From Eubacteriales bacterium (GTDB lineage Bacteria; Bacillota; Clostridia; Oscillospirales; QAKW01): a stretch of 64,000 nt of DNA. The DNA lies in contig JAZOSU010000035.1 of NCBI GenBank assembly GCA_045657265.1, forward strand, positions 44-64,043. Direction: 5' to 3'. The translations under genes and the position numbers were made by a program. Position 1 is the first letter of the stretch. Each line of letters opens with the position of its first letter. Below, piece by piece: positions 8,362 to 17,493 of this stretch. A model generated the notes under the pieces. That model did not search any database and had not been told where the DNA came from. It saw nothing but the letters and a program-made list of their open reading frames with translations.

Positions 8362-8615
8362 AAATCAAAGACGGTTTTATACTAAGGCCTTTCGGAGATG
8401 CATATATTGCAGTATCTGTATCTGAAGAAAATCCAAACGTTGCGGTGTCGCTTAACAGCGTCGGCGCATTTATCTGGCAAAAGCTTGAAAAAGGCTTGAG
8501 TTTTGAAAATATTTTAAATGATATTACAGATACTTACAACGTTGATTCCGAAAAAGCTAAAAAAGATCTTGAGGTATGTATAGATATATTAAGAAAAGCA
8601 GAAATACTTGAATGA
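8358..8615 (+). CDS. PqqD-family protein (RiPP recognition element-like peptide chaperone), 85 aa
   Basis: 'LNSVGAFIWQKLEKGLSFENILNDITDTYNVDSEKAKKDLEVCIDILRKAEIL' matches the PqqD pattern (LN.tg..iW..l....s..ei...l...y.v....a..D...f...L...gli). Start codon overlaps the upstream stop (ATGA). Confidence 0.8.
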   Translation: MKIKDGFILRPFGDAYIAVSVSEENPNVAVSLNSVGAFIWQKLEKGLSFENILNDITDTYNVDSEKAKKDLEVCIDILRKAEILE

Positions 8616-8639
8616 ATCACTTTAAAGGAGAAAGTATTA

Positions 8640-9548
8640 ATGTTTGTTGAACTTGAATCTATAAATCAGAATATTAAAAAAGATGCATCTTTATTTATTG
8701 CAGAATCTGACAAAATTTATTCTGATAACATTTGTAAAGTTGCAAAAAGTATTATTGCATCTAAGAATAAAAAACCTATAGTTATTATTTCAGGCCCCTC
8801 AGGCTCGGGAAAAACAACAACGGCTCATATTCTTGATTCGTTTCTTGAAAGCGCAGGGATTGTGACTCACACTTTATCTGTTGACGATTATTTTTATCCT
8901 ATGACAGATAAAGAAAAAGAACTGCACAAACAAAATAAACTTAATCTTGAAGGACCTGAAAGGGTTGACAGTGAGCTTCTTAACAGACAGCTGAAAGATA
9001 TAATGAACTGTAAACAGGTTTGTCTGCCAAAATTTGATTTCACTACAAATTCCCGTGAGATGTCAGCGGTGCCGCTTGTTCGTCGTCAGGGTGAGATAGT
9101 AATTATTGAGGGTACGCACGCTCTAAATCCCGACGTTATTTCTTTGCCTGATGAAAACACGGTACGCATTTACGTCAGCGTACGTACACGTGTTAAAACC
9201 AAAGACGGTGAAATGATACATCCCGAATATATAAGGCTTATACGCAGAATGCTTCGTGATAAGCTCTTCAGAGGCAGAAGTTTTACAGATACTGCTCTTA
9301 TGTATCAGAAAGTCCAAGACGGCGAGAACAAATATATTATGCCTTTTAAGAAACGTTCAAGCTTTGATATTGATACGTTTATTCCGTATGAACTCAACGT
9401 ATACAGAGACCTTGTTTTTGAAGGACTTGTAAAAGAGGATATCGTAAGTAAATTTCCTCAGCTTATTTCGCTTATTGAAGATGCGTATCCCTTAGACAGA
9501 AAATATATAACTTCAAAAAATACACTTATTAATGAATTTTTAGGATAA
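8640..9548 (+). CDS. Uridine-kinase/phosphoribulokinase-family P-loop kinase-like protein (302 aa)
   Basis: 'IISGPSGSGKTTTAH', 'SVDDYFY', 'LPKFDFTTNSR', 'VIIEGTHALNP' and 'RLIRRMLRDKLFRGRS' follow the order of uridine kinase motifs. RBS AAAGGAGAAAG lies upstream. Confidence 0.7.
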   Translation: MFVELESINQNIKKDASLFIAESDKIYSDNICKVAKSIIASKNKKPIVIISGPSGSGKTTTAHILDSFLESAGIVTHTLSVDDYFYPMTDKEKELHKQNKLNLEGPERVDSELLNRQLKDIMNCKQVCLPKFDFTTNSREMSAVPLVRRQGEIVIIEGTHALNPDVISLPDENTVRIYVSVRTRVKTKDGEMIHPEYIRLIRRMLRDKLFRGRSFTDTALMYQKVQDGENKYIMPFKKRSSFDIDTFIPYELNVYRDLVFEGLVKEDIVSKFPQLISLIEDAYPLDRKYITSKNTLINEFLG

Positions 9549-9601
9549 AAAAGTGGTGGAATATTATTGATGTGACCCCCCAAAAAAAAGTTAGACTTTA
9601 T

Positions 9602-9639
9602 ATAGCGTAGTAGTTTTAATAACTGCTACGCTATTTTTA
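9602..9639 (+). terminator. Rho-independent terminator closing the 946-9548 plus-strand gene string
   Basis: ATAGCGTAGTAGTT (9602-9615), loop TTAAT, AACTGCTACGCTAT (9621-34), then TTTTT. Confidence 0.65.
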
Positions 9640-9754
9640 TGCAGCCAAGGTGTTGAGACGACAGCGTTTTTGCACTTTAGGAGAAAGACTCGCTCAAAGC
9701 CACGAAATATTAGAAGCTATGGCAAAAAGTCTATGTATAAAAGCAAATAAAAAT

Positions 9755-9786
9755 AGAAAAACATCGCAGGGTTGCGATGTTTTTCT
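9755..9786. terminator. Bidirectional terminator hairpin downstream of the his operon
   Basis: ACATCGCA (9761-68)/TGCGATGT (9773-80), flanked by an A-run and a T-run. About 85 nt 3' of hisIE on the minus strand. Confidence 0.6.
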
Positions 9787-9871
9787 TTCATTTTTTGTTT
9801 GATGGATTTTAATAGTTTAAGTTTCTTTTATTCCTTGCTTTTGGCGTTCCGTGGAATTTTTACATCCCCGA

Positions 9872-10525
9872 TTATACCATTTTTTCTTGTTTGATTTTTT
9901 TATCTATTACGTGTCTTGATGCAAGTTCACGGTGAATATCCTCAAGGGTTATACCCTGTTCTATCATAAGCACCATTGTGTGATAGGCAAGATCTGCTAT
10001 TTCATAAATGGTTTCTTTTTTGTCCTGTGATTTTGAAGCGATTATAACCTCGGTACATTCTTCGCCGACTTTTTTGAGTATTTTATCAATACCTTTTTCA
10101 AAAAGATAAGTCGTATATGACCCTTCTTTTTTGTCGGTTTTTCTGCCCTCGATAAGTTTCATAAGTGCCTCGTATGAAAACTCGGAAAGCTCATCGCTCT
10201 GATAAATTACATCTTCAAAACAGGAGTCTGTTCCTTTGTGACAGGCAGGACCGTCTTTTTCTACCATTACAACAAGAGCGTCTTTGTCACAGTCTGCAGT
10301 AATTGAAACAATATGCTGATAATTACCGCTTGTTTCTCCTTTGAGCCAGAGTTCCTGTCTGGAGCGGCTGTAAAAACAGGTAAGTCCTTTTTCTATTGAG
10401 ATTTTAAGGCTTTCTTTGTTCATATAAGCAAGAGTGAGTACCTTTTTTGTTATACTGTCAACCACTATTGCAGGGATAAGACCTTTATCGTCAAATTTAA
10501 GTGTATCAATATCAAAATTTATCAT
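9872..10525 (-). CDS. hisI: Bifunctional phosphoribosyl-AMP cyclohydrolase / phosphoribosyl-ATP pyrophosphatase
   Basis: 217 aa. The N-terminal half ('[24 protein letters not shown]', '[18 protein letters not shown]', 'DCDKDALV') is HisI. The C-terminal half ('[19 protein letters not shown]') is HisE. Last gene of the his operon. Confidence 0.95.
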   Translation of the reverse strand: MINFDIDTLKFDDKGLIPAIVVDSITKKVLTLAYMNKESLKISIEKGLTCFYSRSRQELWLKGETSGNYQHIVSITADCDKDALVVMVEKDGPACHKGTDSCFEDVIYQSDELSEFSYEALMKLIEGRKTDKKEGSYTTYLFEKGIDKILKKVGEECTEVIIASKSQDKKETIYEIADLAYHTMVLMIEQGITLEDIHRELASRHVIDKKIKQEKMV

Positions 10526-11280
10526 AATCTTGCAGGAATACCTGCTTTTTTCATCTCCTTTTTAAGATCTTTTATGTCCACTTCACCGAAATGGAATATA
10601 GACGCAGCAAGACCGGCATCAACTTTATCAAGAGCATTGAACAGGTCAATAAAATGCCCAATGTTACCCGCTCCGCCCGATGCAATAACAGGTACATTAA
10701 CAGCATCGCACACCGCAGAGAGCATTTCTATATCAAATCCGCCTTTGACACCGTCGGTATCAATAGAATTGACAACTATTTCTCCCGCTCCGCTATCAAC
10801 GCAACGTTTTATCCATTCGATAGCTTCCATTCCCGTGTTTTCTCTGCCGCCTTTGGCAAAAACGCGGAACACTCCGTCTACTCTTTTTATATCGGCAGAA
10901 AGCACAACACACTGGTCACCGTAAAGCTTTGCCGCCTGATAAACAAGGTCGGGGTTACGTATTGCGCCTGAGTTTACCGAAACTTTATCGGCGCCGCAAC
11001 CTAAAACTCTTTCAAAATCGTCAAGGGTATTTATACCGCCGCCGACAGTCAGCGGAATAAACACGCTTTTTGCAGTTTCGCACAAAATATCAGTAAACAG
11101 CGCTCTTCCCTCAGCCGATGCGGTGATATCGTAAAACACAAGCTCGTCTGCTCCGTGAGAACTATAATATTTAGCAAGTGACACGGGAGAGGACACGTCT
11201 TTAAGTCCTTCAAAATTAACGCCTTTTACCACTCGGCCGTCACGCACATCAAGGCAGGGTATTATTCGTTTGGTTATCAT
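10522..11280 (-). CDS. hisF: Imidazole glycerol phosphate synthase cyclase subunit
   Basis: '[20 protein letters not shown]', '[11 protein letters not shown]' and 'LTVGGGI' are classic HisF motifs. Overlaps its neighbours by 4 nt. Confidence 0.97.
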   Translation of the reverse strand: MITKRIIPCLDVRDGRVVKGVNFEGLKDVSSPVSLAKYYSSHGADELVFYDITASAEGRALFTDILCETAKSVFIPLTVGGGINTLDDFERVLGCGADKVSVNSGAIRNPDLVYQAAKLYGDQCVVLSADIKRVDGVFRVFAKGGRENTGMEAIEWIKRCVDSGAGEIVVNSIDTDGVKGGFDIEMLSAVCDAVNVPVIASGGAGNIGHFIDLFNALDKVDAGLAASIFHFGEVDIKDLKKEMKKAGIPARL

Positions 11281-11990
11281 TTTGCCACCTCGATTGCCTC
11301 TTTTAAATCTATGGCGCCTGTATAATAGGCTTTGCCGATAATAGCTCCGTAAATATCAAGCGCTTTGAGTCGTACTATATCGTCCATAGAACTGACACCG
11401 CCTGATGCTATTATCTGCATTGAAAGTTTTTCCGACAGCTGTTTATACAGTTCAACGTTAGTGCCTTGCATTGCGCCGTCTTTTGAAATGTCGGTACAAA
11501 TAACGGTGTTTATGCCTATGCTTTGCATTTTCTCGCAAAAATCGTATACAGTCATATCGGATTTTTCAGTCCAGCCTTTGACTGCAACAAACCCGTCTTT
11601 GATGTCTGCGCCAACTGCAATTTTATCTCCGTATTTTGCCGCAGCTGCTTTAACAAACTCAGCATCCGCAACTGCCGCGGTACCTAAAATCACTCTGTCA
11701 ATACCCGCGCCGATATATCTGTCTATCACTTCCATAGACCGTATACCGCCGCCCACTTCACAAAACAGTCCGCTTTCTTTTTTGAGAGCAATAACCGTTT
11801 GCAAATTGGGAGTATCTCCTGTTTTTGCGCCCTCTAAATCTACTATATGTAAAAACTCTGCGCCTTTTGCCACAAAGTCTTTTGCTACCAAAACGGGATT
11901 GTCATTGTACACGGTCATTTGTTGATAGTCGCCTTTGAAAAGACGTACCGCACGTCCGCCATACAAATCAATAGCAGGGAAAATATTCAT
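11277..11990 (-). CDS. hisA: 1-(5-phosphoribosyl)-5-[(5-phosphoribosylamino)methylideneamino]imidazole-4-carboxamide isomerase
   Basis: 'IFPAIDLYGGRAVRLFKGDY', 'LHIVDLEGA' and 'EVGGGIRS' are HisA motifs in operon context. Confidence 0.95.
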   Translation of the reverse strand: MNIFPAIDLYGGRAVRLFKGDYQQMTVYNDNPVLVAKDFVAKGAEFLHIVDLEGAKTGDTPNLQTVIALKKESGLFCEVGGGIRSMEVIDRYIGAGIDRVILGTAAVADAEFVKAAAAKYGDKIAVGADIKDGFVAVKGWTEKSDMTVYDFCEKMQSIGINTVICTDISKDGAMQGTNVELYKQLSEKLSMQIIASGGVSSMDDIVRLKALDIYGAIIGKAYYTGAIDLKEAIEVAK

Positions 11991-12607
11991 TTGTTACCTC
12001 CCATTTCACAAAAACTTTTAAGAATGGCAAGTCCCACGTCACCGCTTTTTTCGGGGTGGAACTGACAACCCATAACGTTATCTTTTGCAACTGCCGCACA
12101 AACGTCACATCCGTACTCGGAATATGCAATTATATCATCGCAGTCTGTTCCGTAATAGGAATGTACAAAATAAACGCAGTCGCCCTCGTTTACGTATTTG
12201 AACAAAGGATGTTTTTGTCCTTTGAATAATAGCGCATTCCAACCAATATGAGGGATTTTAAGAGTCTTTGGCAAAACGTCGGCAAGAGGCATTATATTGC
12301 CTTTTATAAGTCCGAGGCCTTCGTGTTTGCCGTACTCATAGCTGACATCAAAAAGAAGCTGCATTCCAAGGCATATTCCCATAAGATATTTGCCCTCGTT
12401 TGTCTGCTCGATAATAACTTTATCAAGCCCCGACTGTCTGAGTTTTTTTGCCGCATCTTCAAATGCGCCGACACCCGGCAGAATAATTCTGTCTGCATTT
12501 CTGATAGTGTCAGGGTCTGACGATACTGTAACCTGCTCACCTATTGCCGCAAAAGAGCTTTTAAGGGAAAACAGGTTGCCTACGCCGTAATCTACTATTA
12601 CTGTCAT
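11987..12607 (-). CDS. hisH: Imidazole glycerol phosphate synthase glutamine amidotransferase subunit
   Basis: 'IVDYGVGNLFS', 'LPGVGAF', 'GICLGMQLL' (nucleophile Cys) and 'GCQFHPEKS' are class-I GATase/HisH motifs. Confidence 0.95.
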   Translation of the reverse strand: MTVIVDYGVGNLFSLKSSFAAIGEQVTVSSDPDTIRNADRIILPGVGAFEDAAKKLRQSGLDKVIIEQTNEGKYLMGICLGMQLLFDVSYEYGKHEGLGLIKGNIMPLADVLPKTLKIPHIGWNALLFKGQKHPLFKYVNEGDCVYFVHSYYGTDCDDIIAYSEYGCDVCAAVAKDNVMGCQFHPEKSGDVGLAILKSFCEMGGNK

Positions 12608-13194
12608 TACAGTACTCCCTTCGTGGACGGAATACTGTCTTTGGCAGACTCATCTATTGCAACTGCCTGTTTCATACTGCGTGCAACAGATTTGAATATG
12701 CCCTCAATTATGTGGTGTGAGTTTGCTCCTGCAAGTTCTTTTATATGAAGAGTACATTCCGCATTTCTTGTAAATCCAAGCCAGAATTCCTCACAAAGCT
12801 CGGTATCAAAATCGCCCACTTTATAAGTTGCAAACTGCACATCATATGAAAGAAAGCTTCTGCCTGACAAGTCAACGGCAGAAAGAATAAGCGCTTCGTC
12901 CATAGGAAGAATCATATTACCGTAGCGGAAAATACCTTTTTTATCTGCAAGAGCGGTTTTGAATGCGCATCCAAGAGCAATACCTATATCTTCAGTAGTA
13001 TGGTGATAGTCCACATCTGTATCACCCACGCATTTTACCTCAAGGTCAAACATACCGTGTTTTGCAAACAAGGTGAGCATATGATTTAAAAATCCACAAC
13101 CTGTATCAATTGTGCTTTTGCCTGTACCGTCAAGGTTTAAGCTTAATTTTATATCTGTTTCGCCTGTTTTTCTTTCAATCTGTGCGTATCTCAT
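12607..13194 (-). CDS. hisB: Imidazoleglycerol-phosphate dehydratase (monofunctional, 195 aa)
   Basis: 'RKTGETDIKLSLNLDG', 'GCGFLNHML', 'DYHHTTEDIGIALG' and 'NSHHIIEGIFK' are IGPD motifs. No fused histidinol-phosphatase domain. Confidence 0.95.
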   Translation of the reverse strand: MRYAQIERKTGETDIKLSLNLDGTGKSTIDTGCGFLNHMLTLFAKHGMFDLEVKCVGDTDVDYHHTTEDIGIALGCAFKTALADKKGIFRYGNMILPMDEALILSAVDLSGRSFLSYDVQFATYKVGDFDTELCEEFWLGFTRNAECTLHIKELAGANSHHIIEGIFKSVARSMKQAVAIDESAKDSIPSTKGVL

Positions 13195-14243
13195 ACTATT
13201 TCCTCCAACGCCAATACCAAAGCTTCCATCTGCGACCTGTCACCTATGGTAATACGGTTATAATCGCAAAGACGGTCTTTGTCAAAATGTCTTACCAGAA
13301 TACCTTTTTCTCTCAGCTTTGTATATATTTCTTTGCCTGATATCTTTGGATGTTTTGCAAAAATAAAGTTTGCCATAGACGGCGTCATTTCAAACCCGAT
13401 TCTTTTAAGCTCACTCATTGTATATTCGCGGTTTTCAATTATTTTTTTGCAGTTTTCGAGAGTATACTCCTCGTCTGCCATCACGCCTACTCCCGCAGCT
13501 TCACTCATTTTATTTACGTTATAGGGGTTGGTTGAATATTTTATAGCGTTAAGGTCAGCTATAATATCTGCGTTTGCTACGCCGAAACCGACTCTGGCGC
13601 CTGCCATTGAACGTGATTTTGAAAAGGTCTGCGTTACAAGCAGGTTATCGTATTTATCAATTAAAGATACTGCGCTTTTTCCGCCAAAATCTATATACGC
13701 TTCGTCAACTACCACTATTCTGTCAAGGTCGCTTGAAACAACCTTTTCAATTTCATCAAGCGACAGTAAAATTCCTGTTGGTGCATTGGGGTTTGCAAGG
13801 AAAATTGTTCCTTTGACCGAAATGAGCGCGTCAATATCTATAGAAAAATCTTCATTTAGTGGAATTTCAATATACGGAACTGAGTTGATATCTGCAAATA
13901 CCGAATAAAATCCGTAGGTTATATCGGGAAAAACAGCCGGCGTATCTTTATCGCAAAATGCCATAAACGCAAAATTGAGTATTTCATCAGATCCGTTTGT
14001 CATAAGAACCTGATTTTTTTCAAGCCCGAGATTTTCAGCTACCGCCTTTGTCAGCACGGACACTTCGGGGTCGGAATACAAATTAAGCATTTTTGCAGCT
14101 TCACTTGCCATCTGTTGTGCTTTTTGTGACGGAGGAAACGGTGATTCGTTTGTATTGAGCTTTATATATTTTACGTCTTTTGGCTGTTCGCCGGGGGTAT
14201 AGGGTACAAGGTTTTTATATTTTTTACTTAAAAATTTACTCAT
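13191..14243 (-). CDS. hisC: Histidinol-phosphate aminotransferase
   Basis: 350 aa with 'LNTNESP', 'NPNAPTG', 'VVVDEAY' and 'FSKSRSMAGARVGF' (PLP lysine context). Confidence 0.95.
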   Translation of the reverse strand: MSKFLSKKYKNLVPYTPGEQPKDVKYIKLNTNESPFPPSQKAQQMASEAAKMLNLYSDPEVSVLTKAVAENLGLEKNQVLMTNGSDEILNFAFMAFCDKDTPAVFPDITYGFYSVFADINSVPYIEIPLNEDFSIDIDALISVKGTIFLANPNAPTGILLSLDEIEKVVSSDLDRIVVVDEAYIDFGGKSAVSLIDKYDNLLVTQTFSKSRSMAGARVGFGVANADIIADLNAIKYSTNPYNVNKMSEAAGVGVMADEEYTLENCKKIIENREYTMSELKRIGFEMTPSMANFIFAKHPKISGKEIYTKLREKGILVRHFDKDRLCDYNRITIGDRSQMEALVLALEEIV

Positions 14244-15520
14244 TTATCTTCCTCTGTTCTGATAACTGCCGAACGGGCATGGGCTGTAAGTCCTTCTTTT
14301 TCTGCAAAATACGCAACGTCTTTTGCAACCTTTGCAAGAGCATCATAGGTATAATAAGTATACTGCGTCTTTTTAACAAAATCGTCTACCGAAAGGGGAC
14401 TTGAGAATTTAGCCGTTCCGCTTGTGGGCAGAGTGTGGTTTGGTCCTGCAAAATAATCGCCAAGAGCTTCGGGGCAGTTTTTACCCATAAATATACTACC
14501 TGCATGGCGGATAGAATCAAGATAATCAAATGGATTGTCAACACAAAGTTCAAGATGCTCGGGAGCTATCTCGTTAGCAATTTCTATTGCCGCCGATAAG
14601 TTTTCGGCAACTATTATTTTACCGTTGTTATCTATTGAAGTTCTTGCAATTTCACATCTTAAAAGCTTGGGTATCTGTATTTCAAGCTGATCTGATACTT
14701 TCTTTGCAAGGTCATAGCTATCTGTAACAAGAACCGCACTTGCAAGTTTATCGTGTTCTGCCTGTGACAAAAGGTCTGCCGCAATATGCGCAGGGTTTGA
14801 GGTTTTATCTGCAACGATAAGTATTTCGGAAGGTCCTGCTATCATATCAATAGACACCTGACCGAACACTTGTTTTTTGGCTTCTGCAACAAAAGCGTTA
14901 CCGGGACCTACTATTTTATCTACTTTAGGTACGCTCTGGGTTCCGTATGCCAGAGCGGCAATAGCCTGAGCACCGCCGATTTTGAATATTTTATCAACTC
15001 CTGCAACGTATGCCGCCGCAAGAATAACAGGAGATACGCTTCCGTCCTGTGACGGAGGAGTTACCATTACAACCTCAGGTACTCCTGCAATTTTAGCAGG
15101 AATTGCATCCATAAGAACGGTTGATGGGTAAGCCGCTGTACCCCCCGGCACATAAAGTCCCGCTCTGTCAACAGGAATTACTTTCTGACCTGTTACAATT
15201 CCGCTCTCATCGTTTATTATAAAGCTTGTTCTGACCTGTTTTTCGTGAAATTTGCGGATATTTGCCGCCGCTTTTTTAAGAATTTCCAGAAACTCAGGTT
15301 CAACCTGTGATACCGCATTTTCTATTTCTTCTTTTGTAACTGCAAGAGATTCAAGCTTTGCCTTATCAAACTTTTCGCAGTATTCAAAAAGCGCGCTGTC
15401 ACCGTTTTTTCTGACGTTTTCAATTATATCGCGAACAATTGCCGAAACGTCAGTCTGAGGTACTACCCTTGCAAATATTTCAGATGTGTGGGTCTCACCG
15501 TATTTCATTATTTTTATCAT
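14240..15520 (-). CDS. hisD: Histidinol dehydrogenase
   Basis: 426 aa with 'LYVPGGTAAYPSTVLM', 'IAGPSEILI', 'SQAEHD' and 'GDYFAGPNHTLPTSGTA'. Confidence 0.97.
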   Translation of the reverse strand: MIKIMKYGETHTSEIFARVVPQTDVSAIVRDIIENVRKNGDSALFEYCEKFDKAKLESLAVTKEEIENAVSQVEPEFLEILKKAAANIRKFHEKQVRTSFIINDESGIVTGQKVIPVDRAGLYVPGGTAAYPSTVLMDAIPAKIAGVPEVVMVTPPSQDGSVSPVILAAAYVAGVDKIFKIGGAQAIAALAYGTQSVPKVDKIVGPGNAFVAEAKKQVFGQVSIDMIAGPSEILIVADKTSNPAHIAADLLSQAEHDKLASAVLVTDSYDLAKKVSDQLEIQIPKLLRCEIARTSIDNNGKIIVAENLSAAIEIANEIAPEHLELCVDNPFDYLDSIRHAGSIFMGKNCPEALGDYFAGPNHTLPTSGTAKFSSPLSVDDFVKKTQYTYYTYDALAKVAKDVAYFAEKEGLTAHARSAVIRTEEDK

Positions 15521-16128
15521 TTGCTAAACTCCCTGACTATTTTATCAATAATCTCTTTTTTGAATTTATAACCTGATTTGTTAGCAATAAGTCTTGCGCT
15601 TATAGGCACTATGCTTTCTACTACCTCAAGGTTGTTTTCTTTAAGTGTAGACCCTGTTTCGACAATATCAACAATAACGTCCGAAAGCCCTAAAATAGGC
15701 GCAATTTCTATTGACCCGTTAAGATGAATAATATCAATATCGCGTCCCAGAGACTGATAATAATTTTTTGCAATGTTTGAAAACTTTGTGGCAACTCTGA
15801 GAGTTTTTTCGGCATCGTCCTCAAAATCTTTCATTGCCGCAACTGCCATACGGCATTTACCTATATCAAGGTCAAACAGTTCATACACGTCAGGTTCATA
15901 CTCTAAAAGAATGTCTTTTCCTGCAACGCCTATATCTGCCGCGCCTCTTTCAACGTATATAGCAACGTCAGAGGGTTTCACCCAGAAATAACGGATTCCT
16001 TTTTGCTCGTTTTCAAATATAAGTTTTCTGCCTGTTTCTTTTATTGCAGGACACTCAAACCCTGCTTTTTCAAACATATCATAAACTTTTTCACCGAGTC
16101 TGCCTTTAGGAAGCGCAATATTAAGCAT
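15517..16128 (-). CDS. hisG: ATP phosphoribosyltransferase, short (HisZ-dependent) form
   Basis: 'LNIALPKGRL', 'VKPSDVAIYVERGAADIGVAGKD' and 'DIVETGSTLKEN'. About 203 aa with no C-terminal regulatory domain. The ATG at 16128 follows GAGGTG. The track GTG at 16137 lies inside that RBS. Confidence 0.93.
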   Translation of the reverse strand: MLNIALPKGRLGEKVYDMFEKAGFECPAIKETGRKLIFENEQKGIRYFWVKPSDVAIYVERGAADIGVAGKDILLEYEPDVYELFDLDIGKCRMAVAAMKDFEDDAEKTLRVATKFSNIAKNYYQSLGRDIDIIHLNGSIEIAPILGLSDVIVDIVETGSTLKENNLEVVESIVPISARLIANKSGYKFKKEIIDKIVREFSK

Positions 16129-17173
16129 TATTATCACCTCCGAGATTAATTATTTCTCTGTATTTGTAGTTTTGCGGAAGTGTTTTAAATGCCGCAACGC
16201 TTACGCCTTTTTTTGTGATTTCACTGACTGTTTTATAAACGGTTTCAAGCTCTGTATTGTCTGTATACAAGACGACGGTATCTGCATCGTATTTTTTGTC
16301 ACTTGCAAAAAGTCTTTCAAGACTGTCAAGATAAACCGCAAACCCGATAGCTTTTTCGGTTTTACCCATTTTTTTCATAAGTCCGTCATACTGTCCGCCT
16401 GACAAAACACATTCGGGTACACCTTTTACGAAACCTTTGAACACAAGTCCGTTATAATAACTCATATCTCCCGAAACCGAAAAATCAATGTTTATCATAT
16501 CTGAAAATCCAGCATCGCAAAGGGCAGACGTGATTTTCTCAAGCTGATTTAAAGATTTATTATCACCCAGCAAATCTTTAAGCATAGGTATTACTGTCTC
16601 TGGGTTTCCGCTTACATTCATCAGCTTTGAAATAATATCGGTAACGTAAGTTTTGGGAAGCTCATGAGAGTTTTTGTTTGCAAGACAGCGGAGCATTTCT
16701 TTCTGAACGTCTTTTGAAAGTCCGCTTATGATTTCCATTATTATGCCAAGATGCGATATATCTAAAATCGCAGTATCAGATATACTTTCAAGGCTTTTTG
16801 CCGCAAGAATTATAACCTCAAAAAGATTATAATCGTCCACCTGCCCGATACACTCAATTCCTGCCTGCATAATTTCTTTGAAAGAATGAGTTCCCTTGGA
16901 AACTCTGTATACATTCTCGTTATAGTATACCTTTGAAATGTCTGTGCCACGGTTGTTTTTGATTATTGAAAGAGTAACGTCAGGCTTTAATGCCATAAGC
17001 TTTCCGTTGGTATCGGTAAAGGTTATAACACCGTTTGATATAAGAGAATCGCGGTTTCTGACATAAAGGTCATATTCTTCAAACTTACTCATTTTATATC
17101 TTGAATAACCAAAACTCTCGTATAACGCTCTGAGATTAAACTGTATTTTTTCTTCGTTTCTTATAACGTTCAT
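16121..17173 (-). CDS. hisZ: ATP phosphoribosyltransferase regulatory subunit (HisRS paralogue)
   Basis: 350 aa with a class-II aaRS-like core ('LRALYESFGYSRYKMSKFEEYDLY', 'ALKPDVTLS', 'YYNENVYR', 'QAGIECIG'). Sits immediately upstream of the short hisG. Confidence 0.85.
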   Translation of the reverse strand: MNVIRNEEKIQFNLRALYESFGYSRYKMSKFEEYDLYVRNRDSLISNGVITFTDTNGKLMALKPDVTLSIIKNNRGTDISKVYYNENVYRVSKGTHSFKEIMQAGIECIGQVDDYNLFEVIILAAKSLESISDTAILDISHLGIIMEIISGLSKDVQKEMLRCLANKNSHELPKTYVTDIISKLMNVSGNPETVIPMLKDLLGDNKSLNQLEKITSALCDAGFSDMINIDFSVSGDMSYYNGLVFKGFVKGVPECVLSGGQYDGLMKKMGKTEKAIGFAVYLDSLERLFASDKKYDADTVVLYTDNTELETVYKTVSEITKKGVSVAAFKTLPQNYKYREIINLGGDNNA

Positions 17174-17460
17174 TATTTATCCTCAAGATTTTCTATTACT
17201 TTTTTATATCCGCCGCTTCCGTAATTGAGACATTTGCTGACTCTGCTTATGGTTGCTGTACTGATATTGGTTTTTGCATATATTTCTTTATAGTTTTTGC
17301 CTTCGTGAAGCAGTCTTGCAACTTCCAGACGTTGAGCCATATCCTGTATTTCCTTTATGGTACAGGCATCTTCAAAAAAGTCATAACACTCATCCACAGT
17401 TTTAAGCGTAAGAATTGCTTCAAACAGTTTATCTATAGATTCACAGCGAAATTTACTCAT
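17173..17460 (-). CDS. yerC: TrpR-like YerC/YecD-family DNA-binding protein, first gene of the his operon (HisR-like)
   Basis: 95 aa. 'LFEAILTLKTVDECYDFFEDACTIKEIQDMAQRLEVARLL..G.NY.EI...T.ISTATISRVSKCLNYGSGGY' is the YerC/YecD signature. Its stop overlaps the hisZ start (TAATG). Confidence 0.85.
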   Translation of the reverse strand: MSKFRCESIDKLFEAILTLKTVDECYDFFEDACTIKEIQDMAQRLEVARLLHEGKNYKEIYAKTNISTATISRVSKCLNYGSGGYKKVIENLEDK

Positions 17461-17493
17461 AGTTTTTCTCCGTTTTCATATTAATAGGAACAC

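Noticed and set aside
7575-9548. A classical lasso-peptide biosynthetic cluster.
   Set aside because: Only the PqqD-like and HPr-kinase-like components are present. No asparagine-synthetase-like cyclase, transglutaminase-like B2 protease or ABC exporter is seen in the window. The residue after the putative T-x leader end is Glu, not the Gly/Ala/Ser/Cys expected for a lasso core. It is kept as an unclassified RiPP-like cassette instead.
10574-15991. Numerous 60-186-aa plus-strand ORFs inside hisF, hisA, hisH, hisC, hisD and hisG (for example 10574-10924, 11365-11925, 13528-13908).
   Set aside because: They are antisense to genes with unmistakable His-enzyme motifs, have Ser/Pro/Ala-rich low-complexity translations and no RBS. 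They are typical shadow ORFs.
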